Of a DNA stretch of 41,031 nt, positions 36,145-41,031 are shown piece after piece. Numbering within the stretch: position 1 is the first letter of the stretch; every line of letters starts with the position of its first letter. Both the position numbers and the translations under genes were made by a program. The DNA is from Chloroflexota bacterium (GTDB lineage: Bacteria > Chloroflexota > Anaerolineae > Anaerolineales > UBA4823): positions 1 to 41,031 of the forward strand of contig JBBILY010000005.1 of NCBI GenBank assembly GCA_037444705.1. Direction: 5' to 3'. The notes below the pieces were generated by a model, which was given only the letters and a program-made list of their open reading frames with translations, had not been told where the DNA came from and did not search any database.

Positions 36145-37047
36145 TCAAAGCCCCCATACTTTTACAGGCGAGGCACGCCGATGCGCGGTATCAACGTCCG
36201 TTTGGGCAATTACCAGATATCGGCGTACCATATCCAGGGTCTCGTGTCCCAAAATAGCCTGTAATGTGAAAGGATCCCCGCCGTTCCTCAAGAAATTTAT
36301 GGCAAACGTGTGACGAAACCGGTGAGGATGGGCATCATCCACACCAGCACGATCGCCAATACGACGAATAATTAATCTGAGCGTATCCCGATTTAGAGCA
36401 TAACCCTGCTCTGTCTTGAATACATAGTCCTCGGGGTCCTTTCGCCCCCCGAGATAATCCAGTAGCGCAGAGCGAGTAGTCTCTGATAAGGGCACCAGAC
36501 GGTCTTTAGAACCCTTTCCATGAATATAAACGCTGTTAGGCTTGATGTCTTTTATCTGGATTCCACACAGTTCCGAAGCTCTGATCCCGGTATCTAACAG
36601 CAACGAAATGATTGCTTTATCCCTCGTACCGCTCCTTAAGCGATTACGACATGTGCGTTTTCCTGGGCCGGAATATTCCTTAGAAACATATGTGGCCTCA
36701 AGCATTTTCAGAATTTGGTCACGAGTGAAGGGGAGAATCGGACGCTTTTCAGGTTTAGGAGGCTTGATCAGACGAACAACATGAGAGGTACAATACCCGA
36801 CTTCAACCGCCCACGTCCAGAGAGAAGAAAGGACCGTGTGTATATTTCTAACCCTCTTTTTGGAGAAATCGAGCGATGCAAGGTAGTGTGTGATTGCTTT
36901 TCGATCAACTTCGCCTATATCAAGATCACCAATGTCCCGGACAAAACGTCTCAGGACGATTTCGTAATCCACCAGGGTCCAGCGACTTAGGCGTTGAGCC
37001 CTTTTGAACTCTAAAAATTCATCAATGCAATGAGACAGTGAAGGCAT
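36145..37047 (-). CDS. tyrosine recombinase/integrase
   Basis: DTGIRASE, GKGSK.R.VP, HRFRHTFA, LGH, RRY catalytic residues. Confidence 0.95.
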   Translation of the reverse strand: MPSLSHCIDEFLEFKRAQRLSRWTLVDYEIVLRRFVRDIGDLDIGEVDRKAITHYLASLDFSKKRVRNIHTVLSSLWTWAVEVGYCTSHVVRLIKPPKPEKRPILPFTRDQILKMLEATYVSKEYSGPGKRTCRNRLRSGTRDKAIISLLLDTGIRASELCGIQIKDIKPNSVYIHGKGSKDRLVPLSETTRSALLDYLGGRKDPEDYVFKTEQGYALNRDTLRLIIRRIGDRAGVDDAHPHRFRHTFAINFLRNGGDPFTLQAILGHETLDMVRRYLVIAQTDVDTAHRRASPVKVWGL

Positions 37048-37318
37048 GGTTCCAACCTCCTAATTGTATGGTGTAATGTTTGTTATGTCGGGTCTAACTG
37101 AGGTTGGATTTTGCCACTTTTTCACCTTTCAAAACACACAGTTTTGCTATACTATATAAAGATATATAAAACGAATCCAGCCCCGCCGCGGGCATCGGCG
37201 AGGCTGGAGTGGCAACGCGGTGAGGGCGCGTAGCGGCGAAACTACCCTAGCAGATTTTGGCTGCCCGCGCAAGTGACCGCTAGCCGCGGGCGGAGTTTTT
37301 ATGAAGGAGGTATTAACC

Positions 37319-37564
37319 TTGGCTAAGAAAAGTTCATCTCGAGAAGTCCATGTTGTTCATGATGGTGGTAAATGGAAGGTAAAGAAAACCGGTAATCAAC
37401 GTCCCACATCTACACATAATAATAAGGACGAGGCTATAAAGAGCGGAAGACAAGAAGCGGAAAAGGAAGGGAGCGAGCTCGTTATTCACAAAAAAGATGG
37501 GACCATTCAGGATAAAGAAAGTCATGGACATGATCCTAACCCTCCCAAAGACAGAAAACCCTAG
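37319..37564 (+). CDS. DUF2188-family protein
   Basis: HVV...G.W.VK..G....S..H..K.EAI..GR..A.....EL.IH..DG.I....S.G.DP.PP. AAGGAGG + TTG. Confidence 0.85.
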   Translation: MAKKSSSREVHVVHDGGKWKVKKTGNQRPTSTHNNKDEAIKSGRQEAEKEGSELVIHKKDGTIQDKESHGHDPNPPKDRKP

Positions 37565-37583
37565 GTGATGTGAGAACTTCTCA

Positions 37584-37994
37584 TATCAAATTTTAACTAA
37601 GCGGGCGGAGCGCTTATTTGAATTAGACCCCCAAATTCAATGGCCTTCGAATGTATGGATGGGGGTCAGCGTGGAAACTGCCGACTATACTTATCGAATT
37701 GATTTGCTGCGCCAAACTCATGCTGCGATCAAGTTTCTTTCTCTTGAGCCTCTTTTAGGTCGCTTACCAAGTCTGAATCTTGCAGATATTGATTGGGTCA
37801 TTGTTGGTGGTGAGTCCGGACCAAAAGCGCGCCCAATCAATCCCGATTGGGTTAGAGAAATTCGGGATCAATGTATATATCAAGGGGTACCTTTCTTTTT
37901 CAAGCAGTGGGGAGGGACAAATAAGAAAAAATCTGGACGACTACTAGATGGGCAAACGTGGGATCAAATGCCCCAACCAGTATTTGCTGGATAA
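37584..37994 (+). pseudogene. DUF5131 (phage Gp37/Gp68) C-terminal fragment
   Basis: YQILTKR..NVWMGVSVE..FLS.EPLL..DWVIVGGESG..FFFKQWGG. The N-terminal Cys motif is absent and there is an in-frame TGA at 37566. Confidence 0.85.
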
Positions 37995-38054
37995 ATTGCA
38001 AGATCAAATCGCAAAACCATCTCAGCCTTACAGTTCACAGGCATATTGAAAGAG

Positions 38055-38081
38055 AAGCCGGGGCTGGGTAAGCCCCGGCTT
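38055..38081 (-). terminator. intrinsic terminator of the minus-strand operon
   Basis: AAGCCGGGGCT-GGGTA-AGCCCCGGCTT, with a pyrimidine tract on the minus strand. Confidence 0.8.
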
Positions 38082-38099
38082 GTTCCCGCAGGGGGTGTG

Positions 38100-38867
38100 C
38101 TAGCCTGCATAAGCGGCGTTGGCCATCAGGAAGGCGCGTGCCCTGCGCTGGAGATGGACTTCCTCCGGCTTTCTCGCCTGGAAGCCCTTGCCATCGTTAC
38201 TGGCTGCCCAGCGCACCCAGCTGCGCCCCTCTTCGCCGCTCTCCCAGACCTGAGCCAGGGTCCTGTCCTTGTTGCGCCCGAAGGGAATGAGGGTGGCCCC
38301 GGGGTCCGTCTCGCTCACCCTGACCTGCTCAGGTGAGAAGCCCAGCTCTTCGATCAGGTGCTCCACAGGCATCTCGGCTGCCACCCGCTGGCGGGCGGCT
38401 TCGCTGGCGGCCTGGCGGCGCTCGGAAGACGGCCTGGCCCAATCGGGCAGTTGGGGCGGGTTGAGGATGCGGCGCTTGTCGAGGTCGTAGTCGCACCAGG
38501 TAAGGGGCAGGAAATACAGGTAGCGCCCCAGGCCGAAGGCAGCGCAGGCGCGCTTGAAGGCCTGTGCCACCGCCGTAGTGACGGTGTTGGCCTCTGAAGC
38601 CTCCGCTTCACCCACGTCTTCGCGGGTGACGCCCTGGATGGTGAGGGCCACCTTGGCCACCTGACCATCGGCCAGGAGTTCGATGCGGGACGACCAGCCC
38701 GGGCAAACGCGGTCCAGGCGCTCCTGGTAGCGGCGGGCGTCCACATAGGTGGCGGCGATGGCGCGCTTGCCGTCCTTGCTCAGCGATTGGGGTTTCCACT
38801 CGATGTACTCAGACGGGAACGGCTCGGCCAGCGCTTCAAGGATTTGGGAAAACTCTTTCTCGGACAT
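38100..38867 (-). CDS. Rad52/Rad22-family (Sak/DdrA-like) ssDNA-annealing protein
   Basis: L..PF....IEWK..YVDAR...RLD.V..GW..L.I.GVT.EDVG..AFKRA...FG.GRYLY.LP. C-terminal PFG..K domain. Confidence 0.88.
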   Translation of the reverse strand: MSEKEFSQILEALAEPFPSEYIEWKPQSLSKDGKRAIAATYVDARRYQERLDRVCPGWSSRIELLADGQVAKVALTIQGVTREDVGEAEASEANTVTTAVAQAFKRACAAFGLGRYLYFLPLTWCDYDLDKRRILNPPQLPDWARPSSERRQAASEAARQRVAAEMPVEHLIEELGFSPEQVRVSETDPGATLIPFGRNKDRTLAQVWESGEEGRSWVRWAASNDGKGFQARKPEEVHLQRRARAFLMANAAYAG

Positions 38868-39062
38868 GGCATGATCCTCCTATTGTGCCCCCCTCCGCAG
38901 CGGGGGGCAAAGGGGTGTTTTGCCCTGCTGCGTCAGGGGAGGGCCGCACGGCCTCGCTCCACCCTGGAAACCTTCCAGAGCAGAGGGAGGCCGTGGGGCG
39001 GGAGGCTGCCATGGCCTTCTTGCCGCTGATGCGGTTGTTAACGTGCTGCCCCTGGCGGGACA

Positions 39063-39126
39063 TCACCCCGCCGGACTTGCACCGGCCGCCCCCCTGCCCC
39101 CGCTAGCGGGGGTTGGGGGTGGGGTG
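39063..39126 (-). ncRNA. mini tRNA-like element 1 (putative)
   Basis: CACCCC..arm..GCCGG-TGCAAGT-CCGGC-GGGGTG-A. Confidence 0.5.
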
Positions 39127-39182
39127 GGACGTTCGGGATGGCAGGGGCGGGTAGCCCCTGCCGGGTGTTACTCGCTCGCCTG

Positions 39183-39398
39183 TCACCAAACCCCAGGCAA
39201 TCGGGTCGGTTCGCGGTCAGCCATAATCCACCCTCGCCGGGTTTTTATGAACAGGGCGAAGTAGATTACTTGCCCTTTCGGTCGCCGAAGAAACACCATT
39301 GCAGTGTTCTCCTGCGATGGGTGGGGATCCGCTCTCACAATAACCCAATCCGCCCTGCGGGTAGTTACAACATCGCCAGGTTGGGGAAAGTCAGCCAT
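39183..39398 (-). CDS. hypothetical protein
   Basis: GGAGG RBS, starts directly after the SWIM gene stop. Confidence 0.65.
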   Translation of the reverse strand: MADFPQPGDVVTTRRADWVIVRADPHPSQENTAMVFLRRPKGQVIYFALFIKTRRGWIMADREPTRLPGVW

Positions 39399-39399
39399 C

Positions 39400-39693
39400 T
39401 CAGGCCTCCACCCGCTGCTGGTGATAGAGTTGGGTCACCAGGATGTGCTTGCAGGCCTGCCCCCGCTTCTGGAAGTCGGGGCAGGTGCAACGCCACTGGC
39501 CAGTGGCGGGCTTGTAGCCCACGTTATAGGTCTTGGGGCGCTGGCGGCTGCTCTGGGCTGACCAGACTTCCCAGATCAAGACCTGCTGGCCATCGGCGCC
39601 GAGGGCTGAGGTCTGGGATAGGATGCGGATCAGACCGCTGGCGATGCCCCTCAGCCCCCGGTCCAGACGCTGCAGAACGGCTTCTTGCAACAT
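39400..39693 (-). CDS. SWIM zinc-finger protein
   Basis: Y.V..W.CTCPDF..R...CKH. AAAGGAGG RBS before ATG 39693. Confidence 0.85.
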   Translation of the reverse strand: MLQEAVLQRLDRGLRGIASGLIRILSQTSALGADGQQVLIWEVWSAQSSRQRPKTYNVGYKPATGQWRCTCPDFQKRGQACKHILVTQLYHQQRVEA

Positions 39694-39773
39694 GGCATTC
39701 CTCCTTTCGGGTCGGCGCCGCACCGCCGACCCAAGAGTATGGATCGGCGGGCAGGTGCGGCTGCCCGAAAGGC

Positions 39774-40055
39774 TCAGCCGGGCAGGGCTGTGGATTTCAG
39801 TAAGGGCGTATGACCATACGCCCCTAATGCCCTGAGGCTTTTGCCGCAGTCCAGGCAATAGACCTCTTCGCGCAGGTCGTCCCAGACCTCACCGGCGGTG
39901 TAGTGATACCTGCCCAGAGTGGTGCGGATGGTGCGTTCGTGTGGGCAATGCTTTCGCCACTGGCGCAGGCAGGTCAGGACGGTGGTGCCCTGCAGGGTGC
40001 GCTTGAGGGCGCTGGCGCGGCGATGCCATTTCTGGCAGAGGTCGCAGTAGAACAT
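39774..40055 (-). CDS. small Cys/His-rich (zinc-binding) protein
   Basis: CDLCQKWH..C..CPH..CLDCG. AAAGGAG RBS. Confidence 0.7.
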   Translation of the reverse strand: MFYCDLCQKWHRRASALKRTLQGTTVLTCLRQWRKHCPHERTIRTTLGRYHYTAGEVWDDLREEVYCLDCGKSLRALGAYGHTPLLKSTALPG

Positions 40056-40145
40056 GGTCAGTCTCCTTTTCCCGGCACGCCGTGCCGCACCGGGAGAGAA
40101 TATTTCTCCCCGGCACGGCGGGGGTGGGAGCGAGCAGGGACGCCC

Positions 40146-40337
40146 CTACTCCTGATCCAGGTAAACATCCGCCAGGTAGCGGATCTCGGCGTGGACGTGC
40201 TGTCTGAGCGCCTCGGAGAGGTGTTCGGCAAGGAAGTCCAGGAAGTCTTGCCAATCCCTGGGGAGGTCTTGCTGGCGGCGATAAGCCAGCACCCGCTGCA
40301 CGTCCTCGTCGGTTACGGTAAGGTTGGCAAGGATCAT
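40146..40337 (-). CDS. hypothetical protein
   Basis: GAAGGAGG RBS, protein-like helical composition. Confidence 0.7.
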   Translation of the reverse strand: MILANLTVTDEDVQRVLAYRRQQDLPRDWQDFLDFLAEHLSEALRQHVHAEIRYLADVYLDQE

Positions 40338-40453
40338 AGCATTCCTCCTTCCCCCGGCGCGTCCCGCACCGCGTCGGGGATGGATGTGATCCCCGTGCGG
40401 GCGGGTTTGGGAAAAGGCTCAGGCGAGCGATATAACCTTGTTAAGGTGCTAGA

Positions 40454-40500
40454 GGTCACCCCTGCGGGACTTGCACCCGCACCTGGCCCTGTGCGGGGTG
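40454..40500 (-). ncRNA. mini tRNA-like element 2 (putative)
   Basis: CACCCC..GCGGG-TGCAAGT-CCCGC-AGGGGTG-ACC. Confidence 0.5.
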
Positions 40501-40507
40501 GAAAAGG

Positions 40508-40530
40508 GAGATAGGCGGGTAGCCTATCTC
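40508..40530 (-). terminator. terminator-like hairpin with UACCC loop
   Basis: GAGATAGGC-TACCC-GCCTATCTC-CCTTTTC on the minus strand. Confidence 0.65.
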
Positions 40531-40570
40531 GTGGGACTTAGCGCCTCTTGCCTGCCAGGGCACGCCCCAG

Positions 40571-40720
40571 TTAGGCCGCCAGCAGTTCCCGCGCCTGGCT
40601 CGCATCCCGGCTCAGTGCCAGGATCAGGAGCAGTCTGAGAGCGCTCAGGCACACAGCGGCAGCCAGGGGCGTCGCCCCGATGAGCACGGCGGCCAGCGCA
40701 AAGGCGAGGCTGGGCTTCAT
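40571..40720 (-). CDS. small hydrophobic (membrane) protein, 49 aa
   Basis: AAAGGAGGT RBS before ATG 40720. MKPSLAFALAAVLIG... Confidence 0.65.
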   Translation of the reverse strand: MKPSLAFALAAVLIGATPLAAAVCLSALRLLLILALSRDASQARELLAA

Positions 40721-40860
40721 GGGGCACCTCCTTTCTCTGGGATCCCCGGCTACCCCCGAACCCCCGTTGACGGGGGCGGGAGCAGGCGGGGAGCCCAGAG
40801 GGGAGAGCTTGCCATGGTAACGTCCCACGTTTCTGCAGGGCTTGTGGCCACCGCAGGCAG

Positions 40861-40905
40861 TTGATCCGCCCGGACTTGCACCGAGTTTGGGCACTGTGCC
40901 GGATC
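40861..40905 (-). ncRNA. mini tRNA-like element 3 (putative)
   Basis: GATCCG..CTCGG-TGCAAGT-CCGGG-CGGATC-A. Confidence 0.5.
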
Positions 40906-40911
40906 GAAAAC

Positions 40912-40958
40912 AAAAAAGCCAGAACCTGCTGCCCTTGGGGGCAAAGAGGCTCCGGCTT
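40912..40958 (-). terminator. leader terminator/attenuator
   Basis: AAGCCGGAGCCT..AGGTTCTGGCTT-TTTTG, about 45 nt downstream of TG-a-TACAAT (41018-41010). Confidence 0.7.
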
Positions 40959-41031
40959 GTGGCCGTGGCAGGGCGGGGGCTTGTGGCCACCCTGAGGTTG
41001 TTCATCTGGATTGTATCATCAATCCTCCCAA

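Larger units (their letters stand above)
36100..41031. mobile_element. integrative element/prophage inserted at tRNA-Met (continues beyond the window)
   Basis: att fragment abuts the integrase stop. Carries DUF5131, Rad52-like and SWIM genes, and base composition shifts. Confidence 0.85.

Noticed and set aside
39063-40905. Cobalamin riboswitches (GGTGCAAGTCC resembles their T-loop) or a CRISPR array
   Set aside because: No B12 box or GCCACTG and no B12 genes. Repeats are short, irregularly spaced and separated by ORFs, with no cas genes.
40571-41005. 144-aa ORF as listed in the track
   Set aside because: Its 5' part crosses a terminator and structured RNA. The strong RBS supports a start at 40720 (49 aa).

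Overview
GC-rich bacterial window, probably Chloroflexota/Anaerolineae (inferred from the vWA-FHA cluster, the C-terminal 'YLPLV' motif and GTAG-type REPs). Five blocks. (1) 1-2778: core-like signalling genes (vWA, FHA, OmpR-type regulator, FmdB). (2) 2900-7464: redox/Mo genes. A perfect FNR box precedes a hemerythrin-ndh pair, and a Moco riboswitch with a terminator/antiterminator precedes fmdE and a MOT1-type transporter. (3) 7586-15407 (minus strand): SARP/STAND regulator, small genes and a secreted, membrane-anchored repeat fibre with an S74 autocleaving chaperone. (4) 15652-35926: a partly decaying metal/chalcogen/arsenic cluster of about 20 kb. It carries the SmsCB-type minimal Fe-S system, a YlbF pair, NifX-like, MTH895-type thioredoxins, rhodanese, 2 TSUP, Acr3-like, OsmC, CDF, Trx-Trx-VKOR, ABC exporter, CooT, an unannotated candidate selenoprotein with SECIS, Fe-S protein, GH100-like, XdhC, EamA, arsR/arsD/pseudo-arsA and DsrE. 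(5) 36100-41031: left end of an element integrated in tRNA-Met(CAT), with the displaced tRNA 3' half next to a tyrosine integrase. Its early-type operon (Rad52-like, SWIM, small Zn proteins) is punctuated by three mini tRNA-like RNA elements, three hairpins sharing a UACCC loop and an attenuator-like leader. Best leads: this repeated tRNA-like RNA architecture and the candidate selenoprotein locus. All family calls come from motif recognition, not database searches.
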